Of a stretch of 50,323 nt of DNA, positions 8,501 to 17,896 are shown one piece after another; the stretch's first letter is position 1; every line of letters begins with the position of its first letter. The notes beneath the pieces were generated by a model. That model made no database searches. It was not told where the DNA came from and worked only from the letters and a program-made list of their open reading frames with translations. The DNA is from a virus (Duplodnaviria > Caudoviricetes), in IMG/VR virus record IMGVR_UViG_3300025103_000025, positions 1 to 50,323 of that record; one strand, 5' to 3'. The position numbers and the translations under genes are program-made.

Positions 8501-11500
8501 CTTGGTAATCTCAATAGGATGAATCGTGGGCAAGTTAAAGGCTATGACCGTGGTGGCTTGGTCATGGGTGCCATGATGGGTGCTCCTATGGTTGGTGGAC
8601 TGATTGGCGGCCCAAAGGGAGATGCTGTTAGTAGTGGTGCGATGGGTGGTGTTTTGGCTATGTCTATGCTTAGCGACAAAGCGAATATGGCTTCAAAAAG
8701 TTTTGTATTCATCGCTGGTGCAGCATACGCTGCTGCGGATTCTTATATCAAGGCGACGAACGAACTAGAAAAAATGCAGGCCCAAGAAAAAATGGATAAA
8801 GCAGGGGAGTCCATAGCCACAATCCTAGAAAAGTTTGGAAGCACGATAAGCCAGCATACTGATGAGCTTGAAGCAAATTTTCGAAGGATGAATGAAGCTG
8901 TTGCGAGTATGAATGAAGTTCAGCAAGGTTCTCAGGGAGTATTTCAGGCTCTCAGAGAAGCATTGGGAAGTAGTAATGCTCAGGCCATAAGACAAGAAAA
9001 CGAGGTTGGCTTAAGTAACATTCTATTCGCTCAGTTGTCGGATTTCTTTACCGGCGGCAATGAAGAGGAAAAGCTGAGGATACGGGGCGAAGAGATGGCC
9101 ACACGTCGAGAAGCCGAAACCGGTGCTCCAGCAAAGGCGCAAGCTGAAGATGTATTGAGGGCAAGATTTAGAGAACAAGCTCTTCAACAAATAGCACAGG
9201 GCCAAGACCCTATGAAGCAAACGACTGCAGATGTTGATTTTGCGCGAGCTAATACAGAACAATTGAAAGCGATAGCTGCTGGCGACGCAGCAATAATCGA
9301 AGAGCGAAAGAATATGATAGCCGCTGGGACATATTCTCAAGAGCAAATAAATGCCCGTATAGACCAAATGATTGAGAATAGGGTTAAAAAACTGGAGGAG
9401 GAAACAGACCGACTTGTTATTGCTGAAAACGCGGCTGGTGTATTCAACGATACGATTGATTTAATGGGCAAAAGATTTGCTGGAATAGCAGGCGTAGCCA
9501 AAAGAGTTGGTCAAGAGATGCAAGCTCTCAGCAGGACTATGAATTTACAGGTGGCCGCAGCTCAAGGTCAGGCTGGAGTAGACCTGAGTGGCAATGCCTT
9601 TAGCTCAGTTCTTGGTAATATGCAGGGCTTTACTCAGGCTGAAATTCAATCAACCATTGGTTCTGTGGGTACAACGATGGGTATGGGTCCCGGTTCTCCT
9701 ACTGCTTTCAGTGAGCTCGCTAATGTTGTTAGCACTACATCCTCTCTTCAGGCAGCACTTCCTCAGCTAATCCAAGATGCTTTGGTTGTCTCGGGCGGTG
9801 CGCTGGGTGACGACTTTACCAATACTTTGGAAGATTCAATTCTTACTACCACAGGCGCAGACCCCAACGACCCATTCATTAAGGAAATGCTTGCTTCAAT
9901 CACTAGCCAGTTGACGGTTGGTGCCGACCAACAGGGACAAGTTGGTCAAGCAGCTATTAATACCCTTGTAAACTCGGCGCTTGAGAACCTAAGTCAGCGA
10001 GCAGAGGCTGCCGGAAAAGCGATGGAGGAAATTGGTAAAGTTATTGATGAGCAGATGAAGGCCTTTGGCGAAGCAATCAATCAACAAACCGGCCTGATAA
10101 TGGCCGCAAACGCAGCTCAAGAAAGAGTGAATCAAATATTATTCAGGCAGCAGCAACAAATGGCAGAGCTGACAGGTCAGCCATTAAACCTCGAACAAAT
10201 GTTTGCTCCGTTTGAATCTCAGCTTCAGTCTCTAACCGGAGGCCTTACGGATGTTAATGAGATAACTAACCAAAGAGCTATATTAAAAGCACAAAGCGAA
10301 TCGCTCCAGCAAGACCTTTCAACTCCGGGCAAGACGCCAGAAGAGCTCGCAAGACTAGGGGCAACGGCCGCTCAGGTAAACGCGCAACTCAACGAAACCC
10401 ACGCAGCTCTGGAGTTGTTGGCCAGCGATACAACTAGACAAGCCGCTATTGTGCAAAAATTGAACAAGCTGAATGAGGCTCGCTCTGGGGCTAAGAATAT
10501 ACTTGAAGCCATTATGACCGGCGACCCACAAGAGTTGATGAAGTTTACTCGCGGTATGAATATGGTTGGTGCTCAGCAGTCTGGTATGCTTGATACATCT
10601 ATGTTGAGTGGCGAAGACAGAGGGTTGATGTTGCAGATAGTCCGTAGTCTTCAGCCCCTTGCTGGTGCAGATGCCGGATTTGGTATTCCAGAAAACGCAT
10701 TTAGTGATGCCAATCTGTTGGGCGCCATGGCCGGAGACTTTGGTCTTGGTGGGGGCCCATTAGCTAATGCCTTCTTGAATCTTGCAACCAGTAATCAAGG
10801 AGACTCCGCAAACGAGGTAGTACTTTTAGGACTACTGAGAGACATTAATGCAGAGCAGAGGGACGCGGCGGTTGCGCTGGCAGAGGAGGCAAAAAAAATA
10901 CAAGAAGACCACGGGGAATATCTTAAACAAATGCCTACGGAAATGGCTAAGGCATTGGCTACACAGATTGAAAGGATTGTTAATGAAATAAATATCCAGC
11001 ATGCGAGTCAAACAGCTGGTGTCACAGCTATCGGCGGCATGGGCGCCCCGGGAGTAGACCCGAATCTTCCTACTATGGTGGGCGGGCAGCTGCAGTACCC
11101 TCAGATGGCAGGTGGTTTTGGGCCTCAACAAGACCCGTTTGCTCCTAGGCCTGCTGGCTACACCTCCCCTCAACGTCCCGGTCATACTGGTGAATATGCT
11201 TGGGTAGAGCAAGATGGTAGTATTAACCCGCTAGACATGCAGAAGGATGGAACTGGAACTAGAACAAAACCAATATACCTTGCGATTCCTAGAGATGCTA
11301 ATAATCTAGGTACGAACGAATATGGTATTACTCAGGATGGAAATATATACATAGGTTTGAATAAGGGTGGAGTTGGGGAGAAAGAAAAGGCGGGCTTCCT
11401 TGAAAAAATGCTGCTGAAGAAAAAGGGGTCTAGCCAAGAAATCTTGGAGAAACTTGCTGGAAAATCGGTTCCCGGAGTCGGCGACACAGATAAAGTTGCC

Positions 11501-14500
11501 GCCCTTCTTACTCCAGAAGAGTATGTTGTTAATAAACGGGCTTCTCTTAACAATAGGGAAATTCTAGAACAAATCAATGCTATGGGAGCCAGTAGAAAGT
11601 TTAGACTTGTTGCTGCTCGTCAAGGCGGAGCCATTGGATTGAATCAAGGTGGCAGTTGGGGCTCCCAAGGCGGTAGCGGGATAAACTATATGACTGCCGA
11701 GCAGGAGGAAGAACGTCGGGAGATTATGCATCGGCGGCAACATCCGGAACTCTATGAGGATGGCTACACAGATGCAGAAATAATCGGTGGTATTGCCGGG
11801 GTCGCCGGTGCCATCGGAGCTTACAAGGTTGGACCGCGACTGATAGGAGCAGGGGTTAGAAAGTTGCGGAACAAGCCTCCTCTTAAGGTAGAGAACTTAA
11901 TAGGTTCGTTAAATGATGGCAGGTTTGCCGAGCTTACCAAGCAAGGACGCTTCGGTGGTTTTAAAGTTTCAGATAAAACCTTCCAACAACTCATGAACAA
12001 TCAGGATTGGATGGGGAATCTCGACAACAAAGGAGTTTCGGAACTTGACAGGGTTCTGCAGAAAAGACCGCGTATCCGTCAAGGAGCATTTAAATTTACC
12101 GATGCCGGTGCTCAGATGCCAGCGGGTTCATCGACCGCACCAGCGACGGGGCCCGGAAGTACCAAACCGCCAACTGGACCACCTCCTAAGCCGACGGGAA
12201 AGCCTCTGCCATTACAAGGAAAGCCTCTTCCGTTACAGGGAGGAGCCGGAAGTACTGCTCCGCCAGCTAAGCCGGCACCTACGCCAAGGACAGTTCCAAC
12301 TCGTCCTGCGACAGGGCCCGGAAGTACTGCTCCGCCAGCTAAGCCGGCACCTACGCCAAGGACAGTTCCAACTCGTCCTGCGACAGGAGCCGGAAGTACT
12401 GCTCCGCCAGCTAAGCCGGCACCTCCGGTAAAGCCGGCAACGCCGGTTCGTCCTGCGGCAGGGCCCGGAAGTACTGCTCCGCCAGCTAAGCCGGCACCGA
12501 AGGTAACGCCTAAACCGGCACCTCAGCCGGCAGCGCGACCAACGGCAAAACCCACGTCTGCGCCAAGACCGACCGTAGCTCCAATGACATCATCAGGCGC
12601 GGCAAGTAGCCTTGACGACACCCTCGCTGCCATGAAAGGCATGAATAGGAATCAGATTCTAGGCATTAATGGCAACTCCACCCCACAACAAATAAAAGCT
12701 GCATATCGCCGCATGTCGGTTAAGTTCCACCCAGACAAGTTTGGAGCATCAGACGAAGCCGCCAAAACCGCCGCTAAAATTCAGCAGCTTATCAACAACG
12801 CGAAAGCAACGGTGGATGCCAGAGGCCCCATAAGTGTTGCTGCTGAAGCTGAGGCAGCAGCCGCTGCGGCAGCTCCTAAACCATCGGCAGCGCCTAGGCC
12901 AACGCCGGGAACACCTAAGCCGGGAGCACCTAAGCCGGGAGCACCTAAGCCGGGAGCAACTAAGCCGGGAGCACCTAAGCCGGGAGCAGCGCCTAAGCCA
13001 GTGCCGACTCCTAAGCCAGTGCCGGGGTTGCCAGCCCCCAAGGTAGGATTAGGTAGCAAAATTTTAGCGAGGGCGGGAGCGACGCTGAGATTCGTTGGTA
13101 AGGCGGGCCCAATCATATCGTCAATCTTTGCGGGTTGGCAAGCATGGGACGCATACAATGAACATAGAACTGCAATAGACAAAGTGGCGGCAGACGCAGA
13201 TGCTAAAAAGCTTGAGGGGCATTTTGGTTTTATTCCAGAAATTCATGAAGCGAGTATTCCCGGTGATACGACAACCCCTCAAGGCGGTCAACATCCGATG
13301 AATCCATATAATGATGCATCATTTAGACATTATATCGAACAGGCACTAATCCCTTATAAAGCAGGAACTGTAATCAAGGGTCTGCGTGCAGTGGGTTCGT
13401 TTGGGACAATGGGCATAACGGATGGGATGGACTTTCTTTACGGTCTGATGCCCGGCGAGGATTTGCGTGAGAATATACCCGGTGCAAAAACGGCCGTACA
13501 AATAACAAGCGCAAAACAATGGAAGGAAGTTTATGGGACAGAACCAGATGCAAAGCAGCTTGAAAGCATAAAAGCCGGAAAAGAGTTTTATGACCAACAA
13601 ATGAAGGCGCAGTTCTTTGAGCAGGCGGCGCAAGGAATTGGAGAGGCTGCTAGTTTAGCAATAGACAATGCTGCCCGCTCTACTGATATGGAAGTTATTG
13701 CTGGTGGTATTGGGGAATGGGGGACAGCAACTTTTCCGAGCAGGTGGAAAGCGGGCGTATTTAATAAAAATTTTGAAGATTTATCTATTGCTGATATACA
13801 CTCACAATATAGTAAGCCTAAAAATCCTGCTTTTGACTCGACTCTTAGTAACTTTGGGCTTAAAGATGGTAAGTGGGAGGGTTGGCAGCCTCCACAATGG
13901 GTAGCAGAGAAGCAATATGCTGAGCAATCGGATGAGCTAAAAACACTGATGGGTTATGCAGAAGGTGCTGCGGAAGCAATGAGGTATCAAGCTAGGTACT
14001 TGATGAAGAGTAAGGATGGCGGAAAAAGCGGGAGAGGAATGGGATTAGATAGTAAGCGGCTTGACTATGAAAAAATAACGCAGAAGCAAGCTGGTCTTAT
14101 TGAGTTTTTTGAAGGGCTTAAAAGAGACAAAGCAGCAGCGATAGAAGAGAGGTTGACTACAGAAAAGGCCAAAGCGGTTGCAGAATTCCCAGATTACCCT
14201 CTAGCTGAGCCGAGCTGGGTATACAAGGCGTCGCAAAGTCAAGCGATGTATGATTATATTTCCCGAGGTGAGAGGTCGGGCAAGCCTGAGCGCAGCGATG
14301 GGCAACAAATGAGCAACATACCCTCTTGGTTTGTAGGCGACAATCCCGCAGATACTGCAGGAATAATTGAGCACCCGAAAACCGGAAATAAAATATATCC
14401 TTCAGATACTTTCTCTTATGGCGGTCAATTTCCTTGGAACTTTAGTAAGCAGCACTTCGGAGGAAGTTCGGAGGAAAAACTCTTATCCAAAGAAAATCGG

Positions 14501-16306
14501 GATGTCGTCGCGCCTACAGGGGGACACGCCTATGTTGACCAAGGCCAATTAATGCTCAAGGGGGTTCCTCAAAAAGGAGGAACAGTTAAAACTGGCGACC
14601 AAGCTCAACTTTATGTAGATGGGTCTGCGGCTGAGTATGGGGCAATGGAACTGATGAAGAAACTGAGTCCTCATCTTAAGTCCGTGGGCGTGTTAGGGGA
14701 AATTGAGAAGAGGCAGGGAGAGCGAGCAGCAAGGGCATCGCTAATGTTGCCGCACTCGGGAAAGGCTCCAAGAGATGACTCAAACCTTGAGTTGCGTATC
14801 CAAATGGCAAAATGGTTAATTGCACAGCACTTCGCGGGAGAGAGTAGTCCGTCAGAGGAACAGCTCCTTCCGTATAGTGAAAAAGGTCTAAGGGAACTAG
14901 AGAAAGACCTTAGACGCATAGATGACAGTGGAAGTACGCGAAACGGTGCCGTTAATAAGTCGGAGGCTTGGCAGGCATGGATTCAACGTCAGGCTAGAGC
15001 ACCTGTCTATAAAAAAGGAGGGATTCTTGGTGGTCAGAAACACTCTGCTGGTGGAACTATAATAGAGGCGGAGCGAGGTGAGTTTGTTGTTAATGCCAAT
15101 GCTACAAGTAAAAATAGAGGTTTGTTGGAGGCTTTAAATAACGGTGGCGTCGCCTTGCCAAAAATGGAAAACGGGGGAGTGGTAAACCCATTTGGTAGTC
15201 CGGAAATAGAATTAGGTCATGCTGATGTTCAAGCAGATATGCAAGCGCACTATAAAAGACTTAATGAAGAGGCAAAGGCAAGAGCGCAAAAAGAGAATGA
15301 AGCACATGATATTCAGTTGGGAATAGAGGCCGAGAGACGTAAAGCTGAAGAAAAAAGAATGAAGAGATTGAAGGAGAGGGCTGCGATAGAGAAGGCGAAA
15401 GCAGCAAAGCTACTCAGATTCAAGCAGGTTCGAGCTGGATACGCACAGGGTAGTGAAGAGGACAAGCAGGCGTTTATTCAAGGCGGGCCGGGTGCTCCAG
15501 TATTAGGTCCTGAAGGGGGATTACAAAGACATGGCCAAGTAATTGCTCAGCCCGGAAGCCCGCGTACACAACCCGACCCTAAATTCCGACTGCCTAGCGG
15601 AGAAGAGGTTCCTTTTTCTCAGCTGCCAAAACCAGCTCAGGAGTCTATTCGAAGAGGTTCTTCTCAGCTACAGCAAGTACAAGCACCTGCTGGAGGCGGT
15701 GGTGCTGGAGGCGGTGCTGCCGCTCCTACACAAGGGCCGCTCCGTTCTGAACTTTTACCACCGAGACAGACGGCCACCACACCGGGTGAGGCTGCCAGTT
15801 TCTACGCAAACCAACTCACAGGCGGCATGGGTGGTTTTAATAATATCGAAGGCGACCTATCACTTAGAGATAAACCTAAACGACCCGGTGGTGGGGTTCC
15901 TCCCGCTGAAGGTGGTTTTGGTAGAGGCGGTGCAGGAGCTGGTGGGGCTGGTGGAACAGGTGCAGACTTCGCAGCCTTCGCGCAAACAATGGAGGCAAGC
16001 GCAGTAACTCTTTCAACAATGTTTGAACAATTCAATGGCAATATGACCACAATAACAGAGGCAGCAAACATATTTGATGCCGCAGCTACCAAAATTCATG
16101 AGGCAGCTCAATCATTGGCCAGTCTACCAGAGAAATTTACACACGAACATGACGTATCAGTAAGCGTAAGTAACGACCAAGGTTTTGCTCAGGTATTAGG
16201 CAAGACAATAAAAGATGAGGTAGCAAAGGAAGTGTTTGACAGAATCAAAGGTCTCATACCGGAAACTGATGCGTTCGGTGAAAATACTGGTGTGGGCAAC
16301 GCCTAA
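5600..16306 (+). CDS. Giant multidomain tail tape measure protein (TP901-type N-terminal core) with an embedded J-domain
   Basis: 3568 aa. N-terminal TMP core (ALKFERELIKVAQVTG...LSQAGLS...ESIATGLRTIFTRI), long A/Q/L-rich helical tracts, four copies of the GG..D.VPA.LTPGEFV-type motif, hydrophobic Gly/Ala segments and an HPD J-domain. Confidence 0.85.
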   Translation: MPKPFNLTAQLNIVGPTNLRPVVNNLRKQLSGINTNVNVNISRSASRNVSVLNKSVQNLTKSLQQANSQASTLSATMAQLGATIKNIGSSTGKATSGLNNVSNSANQVGKSVQQAGSQMEEFGRISGLALRRYAGFTVATTLTFGFVRAVSDAVGEALKFERELIKVAQVTGSSIKSLKSLTSEIGKLSTSLGVSSTELLEVSRTLSQAGLSATEAKRALDALAKSALAPTFNDIRNTTEGVIAVMSQFGIGARNIEKVLGSLNAVAGKFAVEAEDLISVIRRTGGVFKAASGDIGSPIKQLNELVAVFTSVRATTRESAESIATGLRTIFTRIQRPSTLKFLKQLGVNLQDLEGKFVGPFKAMQLLNQALVSLDPRDVRYAKIVEQLGGFRQVGKLIPAIQQFAKAQEALGVAMAGQGSLAKDAQTAQQSLLVQTQKVREEFLKLFRDITGDSSFQVFAKGALQLASSLIKLADSFRPILPMLTAVATIKAGSALKQFGTGFFGGIRSAGGAKAVGSGLAGAATGAGGQAANQASQALQAITKANTSALQANTKAVAFLSGSVKNLSRIVASRGFGGGPRGPRAPRIRPRLGGQVYPRKFASGGFVPGSGNYDNVPAMLTPGEFVIKKSAAQALGPDYLNSVNRRQRGGKIQRFKNGKEVKPPEPSPTTVTVTDPDYGVAGYQLQGDVKQKAREYGKIDGVAKSAASQERLYEAVESAGGLPKDTSGKNISQSEFVKRGQKSGGLPLKVIASPYISFMNKKMDAMFTQVFEDNFDAFISGILTAGFGAGTAAIPKALNNTPTEEEIKTSLKKELQPETIGGLMFQGFTNAFTRTKPPDDTGQGRWDLAPSTSPDLFGNLFDSRFAELTDADNKNTINSNMIASVVDKAIGGGKELVAAGPGLQIATTTPGGEMDAGREESFKSASVRYKEGKKKASGGSIAGSDTVPALLTPGEFVINKQSASRIGLGNLNRMNRGQVKGYDRGGLVMGAMMGAPMVGGLIGGPKGDAVSSGAMGGVLAMSMLSDKANMASKSFVFIAGAAYAAADSYIKATNELEKMQAQEKMDKAGESIATILEKFGSTISQHTDELEANFRRMNEAVASMNEVQQGSQGVFQALREALGSSNAQAIRQENEVGLSNILFAQLSDFFTGGNEEEKLRIRGEEMATRREAETGAPAKAQAEDVLRARFREQALQQIAQGQDPMKQTTADVDFARANTEQLKAIAAGDAAIIEERKNMIAAGTYSQEQINARIDQMIENRVKKLEEETDRLVIAENAAGVFNDTIDLMGKRFAGIAGVAKRVGQEMQALSRTMNLQVAAAQGQAGVDLSGNAFSSVLGNMQGFTQAEIQSTIGSVGTTMGMGPGSPTAFSELANVVSTTSSLQAALPQLIQDALVVSGGALGDDFTNTLEDSILTTTGADPNDPFIKEMLASITSQLTVGADQQGQVGQAAINTLVNSALENLSQRAEAAGKAMEEIGKVIDEQMKAFGEAINQQTGLIMAANAAQERVNQILFRQQQQMAELTGQPLNLEQMFAPFESQLQSLTGGLTDVNEITNQRAILKAQSESLQQDLSTPGKTPEELARLGATAAQVNAQLNETHAALELLASDTTRQAAIVQKLNKLNEARSGAKNILEAIMTGDPQELMKFTRGMNMVGAQQSGMLDTSMLSGEDRGLMLQIVRSLQPLAGADAGFGIPENAFSDANLLGAMAGDFGLGGGPLANAFLNLATSNQGDSANEVVLLGLLRDINAEQRDAAVALAEEAKKIQEDHGEYLKQMPTEMAKALATQIERIVNEINIQHASQTAGVTAIGGMGAPGVDPNLPTMVGGQLQYPQMAGGFGPQQDPFAPRPAGYTSPQRPGHTGEYAWVEQDGSINPLDMQKDGTGTRTKPIYLAIPRDANNLGTNEYGITQDGNIYIGLNKGGVGEKEKAGFLEKMLLKKKGSSQEILEKLAGKSVPGVGDTDKVAALLTPEEYVVNKRASLNNREILEQINAMGASRKFRLVAARQGGAIGLNQGGSWGSQGGSGINYMTAEQEEERREIMHRRQHPELYEDGYTDAEIIGGIAGVAGAIGAYKVGPRLIGAGVRKLRNKPPLKVENLIGSLNDGRFAELTKQGRFGGFKVSDKTFQQLMNNQDWMGNLDNKGVSELDRVLQKRPRIRQGAFKFTDAGAQMPAGSSTAPATGPGSTKPPTGPPPKPTGKPLPLQGKPLPLQGGAGSTAPPAKPAPTPRTVPTRPATGPGSTAPPAKPAPTPRTVPTRPATGAGSTAPPAKPAPPVKPATPVRPAAGPGSTAPPAKPAPKVTPKPAPQPAARPTAKPTSAPRPTVAPMTSSGAASSLDDTLAAMKGMNRNQILGINGNSTPQQIKAAYRRMSVKFHPDKFGASDEAAKTAAKIQQLINNAKATVDARGPISVAAEAEAAAAAAAPKPSAAPRPTPGTPKPGAPKPGAPKPGATKPGAPKPGAAPKPVPTPKPVPGLPAPKVGLGSKILARAGATLRFVGKAGPIISSIFAGWQAWDAYNEHRTAIDKVAADADAKKLEGHFGFIPEIHEASIPGDTTTPQGGQHPMNPYNDASFRHYIEQALIPYKAGTVIKGLRAVGSFGTMGITDGMDFLYGLMPGEDLRENIPGAKTAVQITSAKQWKEVYGTEPDAKQLESIKAGKEFYDQQMKAQFFEQAAQGIGEAASLAIDNAARSTDMEVIAGGIGEWGTATFPSRWKAGVFNKNFEDLSIADIHSQYSKPKNPAFDSTLSNFGLKDGKWEGWQPPQWVAEKQYAEQSDELKTLMGYAEGAAEAMRYQARYLMKSKDGGKSGRGMGLDSKRLDYEKITQKQAGLIEFFEGLKRDKAAAIEERLTTEKAKAVAEFPDYPLAEPSWVYKASQSQAMYDYISRGERSGKPERSDGQQMSNIPSWFVGDNPADTAGIIEHPKTGNKIYPSDTFSYGGQFPWNFSKQHFGGSSEEKLLSKENRDVVAPTGGHAYVDQGQLMLKGVPQKGGTVKTGDQAQLYVDGSAAEYGAMELMKKLSPHLKSVGVLGEIEKRQGERAARASLMLPHSGKAPRDDSNLELRIQMAKWLIAQHFAGESSPSEEQLLPYSEKGLRELEKDLRRIDDSGSTRNGAVNKSEAWQAWIQRQARAPVYKKGGILGGQKHSAGGTIIEAERGEFVVNANATSKNRGLLEALNNGGVALPKMENGGVVNPFGSPEIELGHADVQADMQAHYKRLNEEAKARAQKENEAHDIQLGIEAERRKAEEKRMKRLKERAAIEKAKAAKLLRFKQVRAGYAQGSEEDKQAFIQGGPGAPVLGPEGGLQRHGQVIAQPGSPRTQPDPKFRLPSGEEVPFSQLPKPAQESIRRGSSQLQQVQAPAGGGGAGGGAAAPTQGPLRSELLPPRQTATTPGEAASFYANQLTGGMGGFNNIEGDLSLRDKPKRPGGGVPPAEGGFGRGGAGAGGAGGTGADFAAFAQTMEASAVTLSTMFEQFNGNMTTITEAANIFDAAATKIHEAAQSLASLPEKFTHEHDVSVSVSNDQGFAQVLGKTIKDEVAKEVFDRIKGLIPETDAFGENTGVGNA
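12242..12498 (+). repeat. About 3.5 copies of a 72-75 bp tandem repeat encoding G(A/P)GSTAPPAKPAPTPRTVPTRPAT
   Basis: Units start at 12242, 12314, 12386 and about 12461. The first two are nearly identical at DNA level. Confidence 0.9.
12641..12814 (+). other. DnaJ-type J-domain within the TMP
   Basis: QILGINGNSTPQQIKAAYRRMSVKFHPDKFG...IQQLINNAKATV matches the J consensus (ILGv...eIKkAYRkla.k.HPDk...IneAy..L). HPD at 12728-12736. Confidence 0.85.
12914..12988 (+). repeat. Five copies of a 15-bp tandem repeat (CCTAAGCCGGGAGCA) encoding PKPGA
   Basis: Five consecutive units, the fourth with one substitution (TKPGA). Confidence 0.9.
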
Positions 16307-16324
16307 TAGAATAGGAAATGAAAC

Positions 16325-17887
16325 ATGGGTGGATTTAATTTAACTCCCGAACAACTTGCAGACTTAGGCATAAGCAATAGCACGACTATGCAATATGGTA
16401 AATATACGTTTACCCCTGTTCCGCTTATTAGTCTGAATAAGGAAAATCAGAAAACTGGTGGCGGAGAGATTATTGGTACGCTGTACAATATGACCCTTCA
16501 GGGTACATTGACCCCTTTTCCGACTGGCGTTGGGGGTATATCCAGCATAAACGAACTGCAAGATGATTTTCTCGAAGCCTTTGCTGCCACTGGCGTAGGG
16601 TTAGAGCTTGTAATTAAATGTTCCGATACAGAAATCATAAAATGTAGACCTAGAATCAATTCGATTGATTTTGCAGAAGGTACTTGGGTTGATAGGTGCG
16701 ACTACACTGTTAATCTAGAGTATGACGTCGATACAGCAATGGATGTCGCTGGAAGTGGTCTCAATGGCGAGAACATGATTTCAGACTTCAGTGAAAGCTG
16801 GGACATTCAAAAGGCCGACGAAAATTACTATAACATAACTTGGCTTGATGGAACCGAAGATGTTTATCCAGATTCTTTCATTGTAACCCACAATATATCT
16901 GCTGTTGGTAAGCCGGATTTCGTAGACGGACAACTTGTTCGCCCGGCATATAAAAATGCAAGCGGTTATATAAAACCATTATTAGGTTATAACCAATTTA
17001 GAGACGATGGAATAGGACTAGCCAACGGCGTTATTTGTCCTGAGCCCTCTGCAAGCGGCGGCATGGCCGTAATATTCAACCAGAACAGAACTGTGCAGAT
17101 TGATAAGTCTGGTGGTTCTTATAATGTTACGGAAACTTGGACAGTATACCCAGAGGAGTCTTATGCCTCGGGCATCAATGCTTTTGGCGCTAAAGACGAC
17201 TGGAACGCAGATGTTTCTCAGACAACTGATTCAAGCTTAGTTACCATATCCTTAGCAGGCACAATTACTGGGGCGGCTTCGGGTCAGCTATGCGATTATT
17301 CAAACGATAATAATAAATACGATAACGCCCAAAATTATTTTGAGTCTCTTGATTTGGAAAATGCTAGCTATGAGAGAGCTCGCTATTTTGGAGACAAGGT
17401 TGGTTCGTCTAGAGGTGTCAACAGAGTACCTACGAGCACTTCGATTGGGCACAACCCACGACAGGGTACCATTTCTTATTCTTATGTGTTTGACAACCGC
17501 CCTTCGGGATGTCTTGAAAACTCACTAAAGACAGAGATTACTCTTTCCGAGACAAACGCCCATGACGTTTTTGCGGAACTTACAGTGCTAGGTCGTGCTG
17601 CTGGCCCGATTCTTCAGGGCATGGGTACTGTTACATCCAGACAGAGAAGTATTGCATTAGACGCAACTATGCCTGTGGGCGAAATTAACTGTGAATGTTC
17701 TGGTGTAGTAGACACCGCACCCTCGGATGAGGCAAAGACTGTGATGGAACAGTATAGGCCCGACAATTGTGGCATAGAATGTTTGACAATTTTTAAGAAT
17801 ACAGATACAGAAAACTGGAACCCTACTACTGGAAAATACAGTAGGCAAATGGGATGGACTTACTCAACCTGCGAAGATTGCCCGTAA
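16325..17887 (+). CDS. Putative distal tail/baseplate hub protein
   Basis: 520 aa directly after the TMP. Beta-rich and acidic, with internal repeats ending DKSGGSYNVTETW / NPRQGTISYSYVF / NPTTGKYSRQMGW. Confidence 0.5.
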   Translation: MGGFNLTPEQLADLGISNSTTMQYGKYTFTPVPLISLNKENQKTGGGEIIGTLYNMTLQGTLTPFPTGVGGISSINELQDDFLEAFAATGVGLELVIKCSDTEIIKCRPRINSIDFAEGTWVDRCDYTVNLEYDVDTAMDVAGSGLNGENMISDFSESWDIQKADENYYNITWLDGTEDVYPDSFIVTHNISAVGKPDFVDGQLVRPAYKNASGYIKPLLGYNQFRDDGIGLANGVICPEPSASGGMAVIFNQNRTVQIDKSGGSYNVTETWTVYPEESYASGINAFGAKDDWNADVSQTTDSSLVTISLAGTITGAASGQLCDYSNDNNKYDNAQNYFESLDLENASYERARYFGDKVGSSRGVNRVPTSTSIGHNPRQGTISYSYVFDNRPSGCLENSLKTEITLSETNAHDVFAELTVLGRAAGPILQGMGTVTSRQRSIALDATMPVGEINCECSGVVDTAPSDEAKTVMEQYRPDNCGIECLTIFKNTDTENWNPTTGKYSRQMGWTYSTCEDCP

Positions 17888-17896
17888 AGGAAAAAG

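Noticed and set aside
12242-12988. Tandem repeats as a CRISPR array or DGR template/variable repeat
   Set aside because: Units are adjacent with no unique spacers, have lengths in multiples of 3 and encode Pro-rich linkers. No cas or reverse transcriptase gene is in the window.
12045-13182. Alternate-frame ORFs 12045-12431, 12834-13046 and 12781-13182
   Set aside because: They arise from stop-free tandem repeats inside the TMP.
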